This document shows positions 1 to 8,944 of a stretch of 64,000 nt of DNA, piece after piece. Source of the DNA: Deltaproteobacteria bacterium (GTDB taxonomy: Bacteria; Desulfobacterota; Binatia; DP-6); contig VBKJ01000134.1 of assembly GCA_005879795.1 (NCBI GenBank), positions 2,515 through 66,514 of the forward strand, given 5' to 3'. The notes beneath the pieces are model-generated. The model was not told where the DNA came from. It searched no databases and worked only from the letters and a program-made list of their open reading frames with translations. The translations under genes were made by a program, and so were the position numbers. Positions within the stretch are counted from its first letter, which is position 1. Each line of letters opens with the position of its first letter.

Positions 1-1
1 C

Positions 2-1903
2 CAGCTCCGCCCCCGCGACACGCTTCTCCTCTACGTGACCGACCACGGCTCGAAGAACGAGCACGACACCGCCGACAACCGCATCGTCCTCTGGGGCGAG
101 AAGGAGTCGATCTCGGTGAAGGAGCTGGCCCGGCTCGTTGGCCGGCTCGATCCGGGCGTGCGCGTCGTGGCCCTCATGTCGCAGTGCTTCTCCGGCGCGT
201 TCGCGAACCTGATGTCGGTACGCACGCGCGACGGCGAGCCGAGCGGCGCGGTGTGCGGCTACTTCTCCTCCACGGCCGACCGCCCAGCCTACGGCTGCTA
301 CCCCGAGAACCGCGGCAAGGACAACGTCGGCCACTCGTTCCACTTCTTCCAGGCGCTCGAGACGAGCCCGGCCTTCCCGCAGGCGCACCTCGACATCCTG
401 GCCACCGACCGCACGCCCGACGTGCCCATCCGGACCTCCCAGGTCTACCTGGAGCGCCTGCTCGAGCGCGCGGCGCACGACGCCGACCAGGAGCGCGCAG
501 CGCTGGTCGACGCCCTCCTGCGCGAGGCGTGGCGCGACAAGACAGCGTGGGAGCCCGAGATCCGGCTCCTCGACCGCATCGCGCACGCCTTCGGCGTCTT
601 CAGCCCGCGCTCGCTCGCCGAGCTCGACGAGCAGACGAAGAGCCTCCCCGACCTGGCCGAGGAGCTGCACAGGCACGGGGAGCTCTGGAAGACGACGCTC
701 GGCGACCTCGACGAGGCCAACCTGGGCCGCTTCCTCGCTGCGCACAAGGACTGGGGCGAGCGCGTCGGCGCCGCGAGCCTCGCCCAGCTCACGCCCGACG
801 GGCGCCGGGGACTGGCACACGCGCTGCTCGCCGACCTCGCCCCCTTCACGCACGTCGACGCGGCGACCGACGGACGCCTGCGCACGCTGCGCGACAAGAG
901 CGCGAAGGCGTCGCCTCCGGCCTACCGCATGGAGGTGCGGCTCGCGGTCGTGCTCCGGCTGCGCTCCGTGCTGACCGAGATCGCGGGGCGGGTCTACCTG
1001 GCGACGCGCGCCACGCCCGCGGAGCGCGTCGCCTACGACGCGCTGCGCGCCTGCGAGGACCTCCGGCTCCCGCCGGCGCCCGGCGCGGCCCCCCCGCCGC
1101 CTGCCGCCGCCCCCGAGCCCTTCCCGCCCTGGGAGGAGGAGGCGAAGCTCGCGCGCGAGGTGCTGCCCGCCTGGATGGGCATCAACTTCCGCCCGGCGGG
1201 CGCGAACACGCGCGCCAGGTACCAGCTGGCCGAGGGCGCCACGTCGGTGATCACGGTCTATCCCGACTCGCCGGCTCAGGCGGCGGGCCTCCAGGTGGGA
1301 GACATCATCCTCGGCCCGCCGGGCAAGCCGTTCATCGAGCCGCACCAGGTGCGCGAGTGGACGATGCTCTCGCCGGCGGGCCGCCCGGCGCCGCTGCAGG
1401 TGCGGCGCGGCGAGCGGGAGCTGGGCGTGACCCTCGTCCCGAAGCCCTACCCGGTCCGCCTCCCCGAGCTGCCCGGACCGCCCGAGCTGGGGAGCGCGGC
1501 GCCCCCGCTCAGGGTGGTGGCGTACCGCGGCACGGTGCCCGAGCGGCTGGCCGACGGAAGGGGGCACCTCCTCTTCTTCTGGGCCACCTGGTGCGCGCCC
1601 TGCAAGGCGTCCCTCCCCGAGGTCCTCGCCTTCGAGCAGGAGCGCGGCGTGCAGGTGATCGCGATCAGCGACGAGCCCGCCGAGCAGCTCGATCCCTTCT
1701 TCGAGAAGTTCACGAGCCCCTTCCCCGCCACCGTCGCGCTCGACGAGCTGCGCCGCACCTTCCAGGCCTACGGCGTCAGCGGCACGCCCACCTTCGTCCT
1801 CGTCGGCGCGGAGGGCAGGGTCGAGAGCACCTCGACCGGGTACACGGCGGAGAAGGGTCTCGGGATCGAGGGCTGGTCCTGGTCCAAGCGCGCGGCGCGC
1901 TGA
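2..1903 (+). CDS. Peptidase C13-like (clan CD caspase-fold) / PDZ / TlpA-like thioredoxin fusion protein, 5'-truncated at the window edge
   Basis: The reading frame is open from position 2, so the gene starts upstream of the window. The N-terminus carries a His-Gly dyad (LLYVTDHGS) and a catalytic-Cys motif (ALMSQCFSGAF) resembling legumain/C13. The middle has a PDZ-like segment (VITVYPDSPAQAAGLQVGDIILG). The C-terminus is TlpA/ResA-like with a WCAPC active site and YGVSGTPTFVLV. Confidence 0.55.
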   Translation, partial: QLRPRDTLLLYVTDHGSKNEHDTADNRIVLWGEKESISVKELARLVGRLDPGVRVVALMSQCFSGAFANLMSVRTRDGEPSGAVCGYFSSTADRPAYGCYPENRGKDNVGHSFHFFQALETSPAFPQAHLDILATDRTPDVPIRTSQVYLERLLERAAHDADQERAALVDALLREAWRDKTAWEPEIRLLDRIAHAFGVFSPRSLAELDEQTKSLPDLAEELHRHGELWKTTLGDLDEANLGRFLAAHKDWGERVGAASLAQLTPDGRRGLAHALLADLAPFTHVDAATDGRLRTLRDKSAKASPPAYRMEVRLAVVLRLRSVLTEIAGRVYLATRATPAERVAYDALRACEDLRLPPAPGAAPPPPAAAPEPFPPWEEEAKLAREVLPAWMGINFRPAGANTRARYQLAEGATSVITVYPDSPAQAAGLQVGDIILGPPGKPFIEPHQVREWTMLSPAGRPAPLQVRRGERELGVTLVPKPYPVRLPELPGPPELGSAAPPLRVVAYRGTVPERLADGRGHLLFFWATWCAPCKASLPEVLAFEQERGVQVIAISDEPAEQLDPFFEKFTSPFPATVALDELRRTFQAYGVSGTPTFVLVGAEGRVESTSTGYTAEKGLGIEGWSWSKRAAR

Positions 1904-1921
1904 AGGAGCCTGCCGGGGCCC

Positions 1922-3121
1922 TCAGCGCGCGAGCGTCGCCACGAGCGCCAGCATGTCGCCCAGGTGACGCGTGAGCAGGAAGTTCTGCCGTACGTGCTCG
2001 CGCGCCGCCGCGCCGAGGCGCGCGCACAGCTCCGGGTCGGCCAGGAGCTGGCGGGCGCGGAAGGCCGCGCCCTCGACCGAGTTCACGGTGTAGCCGGTCA
2101 CGCCATAGACCACCTGGGCCGTGATGCCGCCCGCGAAGCCGCCGATCACCGGCTTCGACTTCCACATCGCCTCGGCTACGCCGAGGCCGAAGCCCTCGCG
2201 CGTCGACTTCTGCAGCACGATGGTGGCGGCGCGCTGGAGCGCATTCACCTCGACGGGCTCGCTCGGCAGCTCGAGCACCTGGAGGTCCGGATCGCGGCTC
2301 GCCGCCTCGCGCACCTCGGCCGACAGCTCGACGCCCTCGGGGTCGTCGCTCTCTGCGCCGCCCACCAGCACGAGCCGGCAGTCGTGCTGGCGCTTCACGA
2401 GCCGATAGGCCTCGATCACCCCGAGCGGGTCCTTGAAGCGGTCGAAGCGCCCCACCTGGAGGAGGATCGGTTTGTCGCGCGGCACGCGCAGGCGGTCGCA
2501 GATGGCGGCGACCTCGACGGGGGCCAGCTCGCGGCTCTTGTCCGAGAGCGGGTCGATGGCCGGGTAGATCATGAACTGCGGGATGGGGAGGCGCTGCGCG
2601 AAGGCGGGGAGCGAGAACACGGCCGCGTCGTACTTGACCACGTACTGGCGGAGGAAGGTCCACGCCCGGCGCTGCGGGCGCGAGACGTCGAGGTGGCAGC
2701 GCCACACCCAGGCGCCCTCCTGCGGGCGCGCCTCGACGAGCCCGGCGGCGAGCGCGTCGTGGGTCACGACCACGTCGGCGGCGGCGTCGAGGGCCGCGGC
2801 CCGGGCGCGCGTGAAGGCGCGGAACTGCTCGAAGAGCTCGTCCGGCACCCGCTCCTCGCCGCCCTGGAGCGCGTGGTGGAGGCGCGCTCCCATCCCGGCC
2901 GCGACACCCTCGGGGTCGACGCTCTCCCATGCCGACTCGACACCCACCTCCTCGAGGAGGGGGACCAGCCCGCGCAGGGTCTCGGCCACCCCGCCCACCT
3001 CGCGGCTCGCGCTGACGTTCAGCAGGCGGCGGTTCCGCACGCGTTCGGAGAGGCGGCGGAGGAAGTCGACCGTCCCGGCCGGGGCGACCGCGCGGTAGTC
3101 CTCGAGGGTGTGCGGCGTCAT
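1922..3121 (-). CDS. Glycosyltransferase family 4 (GT-B fold; TreT-like or α-glucan glucosyltransferase-like)
   Basis: 399 aa. The C-terminal GT4 signature (KSTREGFGLGVAEAMWKSKPVIGG) is present. Its ATG (3121..3119) overlaps the stop of the upstream ORF by 4 nt. It is the last gene of the glgC-GH57 operon. Confidence 0.7.
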   Translation of the reverse strand: MTPHTLEDYRAVAPAGTVDFLRRLSERVRNRRLLNVSASREVGGVAETLRGLVPLLEEVGVESAWESVDPEGVAAGMGARLHHALQGGEERVPDELFEQFRAFTRARAAALDAAADVVVTHDALAAGLVEARPQEGAWVWRCHLDVSRPQRRAWTFLRQYVVKYDAAVFSLPAFAQRLPIPQFMIYPAIDPLSDKSRELAPVEVAAICDRLRVPRDKPILLQVGRFDRFKDPLGVIEAYRLVKRQHDCRLVLVGGAESDDPEGVELSAEVREAASRDPDLQVLELPSEPVEVNALQRAATIVLQKSTREGFGLGVAEAMWKSKPVIGGFAGGITAQVVYGVTGYTVNSVEGAAFRARQLLADPELCARLGAAAREHVRQNFLLTRHLGDMLALVATLAR

Positions 3122-3786
3122 GGCGTCCTCGCGAGCGCCGCGTCCGCGAGCGCGATCAGGCGCCGGCGGACCTCCTCGAGGCCGAAAGGGAACGGGTTCA
3201 GGCGCGCCACCGCGGCGGCCAGCTCCGGCAGCCCGAGCTGCTCGTCGATCCAGGCGGCGAAGTCGTTCCGCCGCCGGCCCTTTCGCCCGCGCGCCTCGAC
3301 CACGTGGAGGTAGACGACCGCCGTGTCCACCTGTGCCAGGGCGTCGCGGAACTCGGCCAGGGTGCGGACCTTCACGCCGGTCTGAATCTCCAGCACGCGC
3401 GACTGCATGAAATAGAACGGCTGGCCGAACATCACGCGCGGCACCGAGCGGGTCTCGGCCAGGTGGTCGTCGATCAGGCTCACCACCTCGGCGCGCAGGG
3501 TCTCCAGGTCCGAGAAATCCTGGGGGTCGACGATGCCGAGCTTCTCGCCGAGCACGCGATCGCGCACCTGGATGGCCGCCCAGGTGGCGAAGTCGTTCGG
3601 GTAGCCGCCCGGGACGCTCCCCTCGTGGAGGAAGCAGCTGTGGGTGTGGAAGTAGATGCTGTCGAGCGGCACGTCCTCCAGGTGCTCGAGCAGCTCGCGC
3701 TCGTCGTAGGCGCGCCGGCCGAGCATCTCGGGCAGTTCCCAGCAGCCGAAGAAGTGGAAGGGCGTGCGGGCGGCACGCTCCGTCAT
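3118..3786 (-). CDS. Conserved hypothetical protein, translationally coupled between GH57 and GT4
   Basis: 222 aa, starting MTERAARTPFHFFGCWELPEML. The ATGA overlap with the GH57 stop (3783-3786) and with the GT4 start was verified in the sequence. No recognisable catalytic motif. The upstream part of the 904-aa ORF in this frame is antisense read-through across GH57. Confidence 0.5.
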   Translation of the reverse strand: MTERAARTPFHFFGCWELPEMLGRRAYDERELLEHLEDVPLDSIYFHTHSCFLHEGSVPGGYPNDFATWAAIQVRDRVLGEKLGIVDPQDFSDLETLRAEVVSLIDDHLAETRSVPRVMFGQPFYFMQSRVLEIQTGVKVRTLAEFRDALAQVDTAVVYLHVVEARGRKGRRRNDFAAWIDEQLGLPELAAAVARLNPFPFGLEEVRRRLIALADAALARTP

Positions 3787-5240
3787 GCGTCCTCCCCGCC
3801 GCGCGCCAGACGGCGGTAGAGCGCGGCGCCCGTCTCGCCGGTGTTGCCGCGCGCCGACGCGAGGCGCGTCACGAAGCCGTCCTCGAGGTGCGCGCCGACC
3901 CCGCGCGCCAGCTCGATCGCACGCGCCGCGTGGCGCAGCACGAGGAGGGGCTCGAGGCCGGTCAGCTCGTCGAAGAACCATCCGCAGCTCGTCTGCATGA
4001 GGAGCGCGTGGCGCGCGAGCGCGAGCAGGTCGCGCACGCGCGCGCCGGCTGCGGCCGTGAGCGCCGCCGACGCCTCCGCCTCGAGCCAGCCGGCGCTGCG
4101 CTCCGGCGCGAGCAGGCACTCGACCCAGCGGTCGCGCGCGCCCCACGGGTCGCGCAGGCACTCGCCCGCGTGCGTCTCGTACACGACCGCGAGCTGGTCG
4201 CGCAGCCAGTCGATCGCCTCGCGCAGCGGCGCCCGCCAGGCCTGCGACCAGCCCGCCTCTCCGCCCACGCGGCAGCCGCAGTCCGCTCGCCAGCGCTCCA
4301 CGCCGTGCGCGCAGCTCCACGAGGTGCGCTCGGCGATCTCGACCTCGTGGGCGGCCGGATGGCGGGCGCGGAACGCCGCCGGCCCCGCGAGCGCGACCGC
4401 CGGGTCGTCGCGCAGCGCGACTACGGCGGCGGCGAGCGCCAGCGCGCCCGCGCGATGGTGGTGGCCGTAGGTCTCGCCGTCGAGCGCCGGCGCAACGATG
4501 CCCGCCGGACCGGCGTCCTCGAGGGCGGAGCGGAGACGCGCCGCGAGCGGCGCGCCCTCGGCGAGGAGCGCCCCGAAGGCGATCTCGCGCGACAGGGCCT
4601 CGTGCCGGAAGACCACGTCGACGGCGCCAGACGGCAGGAGGCAGCGGTAGACCCGCCGCGTGTCGAGCGTCTCGGCCGTGACTGCCTGCCACGCCTCGTC
4701 GCCGGCGCCGAGCGGCCGCACGCGGCGCGCCTGGTGCGGCGCGAGCAGGGTCATGCCGATGCCCGCCTCGGCGAGCGCGGCGAGGCTCGGCCGATCGACC
4801 GCCATCTCGGGGAGCCACATGCCCTCGGGCGAGCGGCCGAAGCGGTGGGCGAAGTCGGCCCGGCCCCAGAGCACCTGGGTGCGTACGTCGCGCGCCGTCG
4901 AGAGGGGCAGGATGGCGTGCCCGTACGCCTGCGCCCAGGCGTTGCCGTGGCCCGTGCGCACCCGGCTCGCCCGGTCGGCGCGCCGGAGCGCGGCCAGCAC
5001 CTCGGGCGCGTGCGGAACGAGCCAGGCGAGCAGCGTCGGGCCGAAGTCGAAGCTCGTCCACTCGTAGGTGTTGACCTCGGCGCCTGGCAGGCGCGCCGCC
5101 GTGTTGGGCGCGTAGCACTCGGCCGTGATGCGCGCATTCCAGTCCTGATAGGGCGCCGCCGAGGGCTCCGGCTCGACCACGCCGCGCCAGGGATGCTCGC
5201 GGGGCGGCTGGTAGAAGTGACCGTGCAGGGCGAGGAACAC
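3783..5240 (-). CDS. Glycoside hydrolase family 57 (α-amylase / 4-α-glucanotransferase / branching-enzyme family)
   Basis: 485 aa. The N-terminus (MFLALHGHFYQPPREHPW) is the GH57 hallmark. The start is a GTG at 5240..5238 that overlaps the glgC stop by 1 nt. Confidence 0.8.
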   Translation of the reverse strand: MFLALHGHFYQPPREHPWRGVVEPEPSAAPYQDWNARITAECYAPNTAARLPGAEVNTYEWTSFDFGPTLLAWLVPHAPEVLAALRRADRASRVRTGHGNAWAQAYGHAILPLSTARDVRTQVLWGRADFAHRFGRSPEGMWLPEMAVDRPSLAALAEAGIGMTLLAPHQARRVRPLGAGDEAWQAVTAETLDTRRVYRCLLPSGAVDVVFRHEALSREIAFGALLAEGAPLAARLRSALEDAGPAGIVAPALDGETYGHHHRAGALALAAAVVALRDDPAVALAGPAAFRARHPAAHEVEIAERTSWSCAHGVERWRADCGCRVGGEAGWSQAWRAPLREAIDWLRDQLAVVYETHAGECLRDPWGARDRWVECLLAPERSAGWLEAEASAALTAAAGARVRDLLALARHALLMQTSCGWFFDELTGLEPLLVLRHAARAIELARGVGAHLEDGFVTRLASARGNTGETGAALYRRLARGGEDA

Positions 5241-6478
5241 TAGACGGCCGGCGGCAGCGGGCCGGCGGGCTCGCCGCGCGGCACGACGACGATGCCCGTG
5301 GGATCGCGGTGCAGCTCGAGACCGGCGCCGTCCTCGCTGCCCGGCTCGAGGTGCGCGCCCTCGGGCACCGTGTTGTAGCGGTCCACGATGGCGCGCATGA
5401 CGCGCGCCCCGGGGCCGATCTCGGTGTGGTCCATGACGATCGACCCGGCGACGATCGCGCCGGGCGCGACCCGCACGTTGCGCCCGAGGATCGAGCGGAC
5501 GACTCGCGCGTCCTCCACCGTGGTGCCCTCGCCGAACACGCTGTCCTCGATCTCGCCGGAGAGGATGCGGACCGGCGGGCCCTCCGCGGAGCGCGCGAAG
5601 ATCGGCCAGCGCGCGTTGTCGAGGTCGAAGGCGGGCGCGGCGCCGAGCTGGTCCATCTGCGCCTCGTAGTACGAGCGGATCGTCCCCACGTCGCGCCAGT
5701 AGGCGGGCTCCTCGTGCGGCCGGACGCCGGGGACGGGATGGTCGCGGAAGTTGTAGGCGAAGACGCGGTGGCGCCGCACCAGCTCGGGGACGATGGTGCG
5801 TCCGAAGTCGTGGTCGCTCTGGTGCGCCGCATCCTCGCGCAGCACGTCGACCAGGACCTCGGTCGCGAACACGTAGTTCCCCATCGAGCCGAGCGCCGCG
5901 GTCGGGTCGCCCGGCGTGGGCTCCGCGGCGCGCGGCTTCTCGGCGAAGGCGGTGATACGGCCGTCCGCCGCGGCGGTCACGATGCCGAAGGCCGACGCCT
6001 CGGCGAGCGGCACCGGGCGCGCGGCCACCGAGAGGTCGGCGCGGCTCGCCAGGTGGAACTGGATCATGTGCCGGAGGTCCATGCGGTAGATGTGGTCGGC
6101 GCCGAAGACCGCGACCAGCTCGGGGCCGAAGTCGCGGATCAGGTTCAGGTTCTGGAACACGGCATCGGCCGTACCCCGGTACCAGGTCTCGCCGCCGCGC
6201 ATCTGCGGCGGCACCACGGTGACGAACGTCTCGGGCAGGCGGCCGCCGATGCGCCAGGTGGCGCTCACGTGCTCGATCAGCGACTGCGACTTGTACTGCA
6301 CGAGCACGTAGAGCGCGTAGATGCCCGAGTTGACGAAGTTGCTGAGCACGTAGTCGATGATGCGGTGGCGCGCGCCGAAGGGCACCGCGGCCTTGCTCCG
6401 CGCGCGGGTGAGCGGCTGCAGGCGGTCACCCCGCCCTCCCGCCATCACGATCCCGAGCACGCGGGGCATCGCCGCCAT
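5240..6478 (-). CDS. glgC: Glucose-1-phosphate adenylyltransferase
   Basis: About 412 aa starting MAAMPRVLGIVMAGGRGDRLQPLTRARSKAAVPFG, with the left-handed β-helix C-terminal domain. The ATG at 6478..6476 was located in the sequence. The 1185-aa ORF in this frame is upstream read-through. Confidence 0.85.
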   Translation of the reverse strand: MAAMPRVLGIVMAGGRGDRLQPLTRARSKAAVPFGARHRIIDYVLSNFVNSGIYALYVLVQYKSQSLIEHVSATWRIGGRLPETFVTVVPPQMRGGETWYRGTADAVFQNLNLIRDFGPELVAVFGADHIYRMDLRHMIQFHLASRADLSVAARPVPLAEASAFGIVTAAADGRITAFAEKPRAAEPTPGDPTAALGSMGNYVFATEVLVDVLREDAAHQSDHDFGRTIVPELVRRHRVFAYNFRDHPVPGVRPHEEPAYWRDVGTIRSYYEAQMDQLGAAPAFDLDNARWPIFARSAEGPPVRILSGEIEDSVFGEGTTVEDARVVRSILGRNVRVAPGAIVAGSIVMDHTEIGPGARVMRAIVDRYNTVPEGAHLEPGSEDGAGLELHRDPTGIVVVPRGEPAGPLPPAV

Positions 6479-6520
6479 TAATGGGCGATTGCGGGCGAGC
6501 GTCAAGGCCTGCGCTCGGCA

Positions 6521-6563
6521 GGCTGTCCGGACCACCACGGTGAGCGAGGCGAACGAGCCGGGG
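6521..6563. repeat. Conserved 45-nt intergenic motif, copy 1 (GGCTGTCCGGACCACCACGGTGAGCGAGGCGAACGAGCCGGG)
   Basis: Nearly identical to a second copy at 13139..13183, differing by 1 indel and a few substitutions. It lies in the 400-bp divergent intergenic region between glgC and the HAF-repeat gene. Confidence 0.6.
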
Positions 6564-6895
6564 GAGGTCCGCTCAAGCGTGAACGTCATCGTGCGAGGTT
6601 CGCACGCAAAGGCGAAGAGCGAGGAGCGCGCGGCGCAACAGTCGAGGTGGGCGACGACCTCCTGATGCGTCGCGCGGGCGGCGAAGATCCGGCCGGTGCA
6701 ATCCAGCGCCGCACCGACGTTCCCGAATCCACCCCCCCAACGCTGTGAACACCCGGTCACAGGTCCGACCGGCGAACGTTCCATCGTTCGCACGGCTGGT
6801 CCTGCCTGCCATGAATCTGACGCCAGCTGCCGGTAGATCGAGCACGTAGATCGTGGGGAGGGGCGTGGCACGACTCCTGCTCTGCCCACCCCTCT

Positions 6896-8356
6896 ATGCT
6901 CAAGACGGGTCTTGGCCGTGCTGACGTGCTCGTCGTAGCCGTGCTCCTCTGGCCCCAGCCCGCTCCGGCGGCCCTCTATACCGTCGAGCGCCAGGACGGG
7001 CTGTTCTCCGTCGCCGAGGCGATGAACAGCGCCGGCGACCTCGTCGGGCAGATCTTCGTGCCCGATCCCTGGGGATGGCACGCGACGCTCGTACGCGGTG
7101 GCCGGTCGGTGGATCTGGGCACGCTCCCCGGTGGTGACGTCGCCGACGCGACCGACATCAACGACGCGGGCGAGATCGTGGGCTACTCGAATGCCGGAGA
7201 CTCGGCCACGCACGCCTTCCTCTACGACGCCGCCGGCATGCATGACCTGGGGGCGATCGGCATCGGCAAACGGCCGCGCATCAACAACGCCGGCGACATC
7301 GCGGGGACACGATACGATGGGCGATTCTTCGCCTACCTGCGCGGTCACGACGGGACGACGATCGACATACCGAAGTTCGACGGCGGCACGGTGAACTACG
7401 CCGCCGGCATCGATGCGCGCGGCCGCGTGGCCGGGCACTCCAACTCTGGAACCTTTCCCGGGTACCACGCCTTTCTCTACGACGCTGGAACACTCACCGA
7501 TCTCGGCGTCCTCCCGACGGGTTCTGAAAGTTTCGCCTATGACATGAACGCGTCGGGGGACGTCGTGGGCCAGGCCGATGCCGTACTCTACAGCGACTAC
7601 CACGCAGTACTCTGGCGCGATGGCGCCATCCGCGACCTCGGCATACTGGGCGGCGGACGCGGCGCCAGCTGGCCCTCCCAGATCAACGGCGCGGGACAGG
7701 TGGTCGGGACGTCCTCGGTCCCTGGCGGCGGCGATACGCACGCCTTCCTGTGGGACGAACGACACGGCCTGCGCGATCTGAACGACCTCATCCCGCCCGA
7801 CTCCGGCTGGGTCCTCGAGCAGGGACAGGCGATCGCGGGGACCGGCGACATCGCCGGCTTCGGCTTCCTGAACGGTGAGGGGCACAACTACCGCCTCACA
7901 GCCAGCGACCCGTGCAGGGACATCCCCGGAAGTGCACTGCAGCAGCCACGGCTGCGGATGGGACGGCGCTTCGTCTTCAGCGGCCAGCTGAGCGGAGCGA
8001 GAACACCGGCCATCGATCCCGCGAGCGGGGGCGTTCGGTTGTTGCTCGCCTCCTCCGGGCGGGATGCCGCGTTCGACGCGACGGTGCCCGGCGGCGCAGG
8101 CTGGCGGTGCAGCGGGTCGGGACGGACTTGGACGTACCATGCTCGGGCAGCGGAGCGTGCATTGGACGGGCTCACGCGGGTGAGACTGCGCAGGCTCGGC
8201 ACTGATCCGGGCGCGTTCCACGTGGAGCTCGCCGGCCGCCTCGGGTCCACCGCCGGCGGCCTCAGCACCAGCGGCGCGCTGGACGCGACCATCATGATCG
8301 GGCCACCGATTGTGGGAACCGCGGAGTGCGGCGAGGCGACGTTTCCCCAGCAGTAG
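6896..8356 (+). CDS. Secreted HAF-family extracellular repeat protein
   Basis: 486 aa with a signal-peptide-like N-terminus. It contains at least 5 repeats of about 40 aa built on H-A-F-L-(Y/W)-D ... DLG ... G-x-V-G, matching the TIGR03803 'HAF' repeat. Confidence 0.65.
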   Translation: MLKTGLGRADVLVVAVLLWPQPAPAALYTVERQDGLFSVAEAMNSAGDLVGQIFVPDPWGWHATLVRGGRSVDLGTLPGGDVADATDINDAGEIVGYSNAGDSATHAFLYDAAGMHDLGAIGIGKRPRINNAGDIAGTRYDGRFFAYLRGHDGTTIDIPKFDGGTVNYAAGIDARGRVAGHSNSGTFPGYHAFLYDAGTLTDLGVLPTGSESFAYDMNASGDVVGQADAVLYSDYHAVLWRDGAIRDLGILGGGRGASWPSQINGAGQVVGTSSVPGGGDTHAFLWDERHGLRDLNDLIPPDSGWVLEQGQAIAGTGDIAGFGFLNGEGHNYRLTASDPCRDIPGSALQQPRLRMGRRFVFSGQLSGARTPAIDPASGGVRLLLASSGRDAAFDATVPGGAGWRCSGSGRTWTYHARAAERALDGLTRVRLRRLGTDPGAFHVELAGRLGSTAGGLSTSGALDATIMIGPPIVGTAECGEATFPQQ

Positions 8357-8515
8357 ATCGCGCTCCGGCCTTGAGAGCCGGCCGCGCGCTCCCGGATCGT
8401 CCGCCCCAGCCACCATGGTTTGCTCGGACAGCCTCCTAGGTTGAAGCGCCCAGGCCGAGCCGCTAAGAGGGCACGGGCGCCGCGTGCGCCCTCGGCCGAA
8501 CTGCTGGGAGGGTAC

Positions 8516-8944
8516 ATGCGACACTCGACCCACCTCGTCGTCGCGTGCCTGCTCGCCATCGCGCTCGCGAGCCCGGGGCTCATGGGGATGGGTGGATTCG
8601 GCGGCGGGCGCGAGGAGGGGCAGCCCGCGCGCGACTTCAGCGCCACCTTCACCGACGTCGACGGCACCCGGATGGCCGTGACGCGCGTCACCAGCGGGGG
8701 CGGCGCGAGCCTCGAGGGCGATCTCGGGCGTGGCCGCCTGCGCGTCCCCTTCGACAACATCACCCGCATCACCTTCCAGGCGGCGGAGAACGACCACGAG
8801 CGCGTGCGGGCCGAGGTAACGCTGCGCGAGGGCGAGCCCGTGGCGCTCACCCTGCGCAGCTCGACCACCTTCTACGGGCGGACGCCGGCCGGCGCGTACC
8901 AGATCCGGGCGCGCGATCTCAAGTCGCTTGAGTTCGCCCAGTAG
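8516..8944 (+). CDS. Small secreted hypothetical protein
   Basis: Starts MRHSTHLVVACLLAIALASPG, which looks like a signal peptide. The ATG at 8516 was chosen over the upstream Arg-rich extension. Confidence 0.45.
   Translation: MRHSTHLVVACLLAIALASPGLMGMGGFGGGREEGQPARDFSATFTDVDGTRMAVTRVTSGGGASLEGDLGRGRLRVPFDNITRITFQAAENDHERVRAEVTLREGEPVALTLRSSTTFYGRTPAGAYQIRARDLKSLEFAQ

Noticed and set aside
3118-5832. Very long ORFs: 904 aa (3118-5832, -), 1185 aa (5240-8797, -), 962 aa (26875-29763, -), 1247 aa (30308-34051, -), 914 aa (35170-37914, +), 671 aa (43926-45941, +), 999 aa (54781-57780, -) and 1094 aa (55353-58637, -)
   Set aside because: In 70% GC DNA, stop codons are rare in all frames. Each of these contains a recognisable real gene only in one part. 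The remainder is Arg/Ala/Pro-rich read-through, often antisense to a well-supported gene. I resolved them into component genes by motifs and verified start codons.
8357-8515. A hairpin CCGGC-cttgaga-GCCGG after the HAF gene as a terminator
   Set aside because: The stem is short and there is no following U-tract, so it is not distinguishable from background GC-rich self-complementarity.
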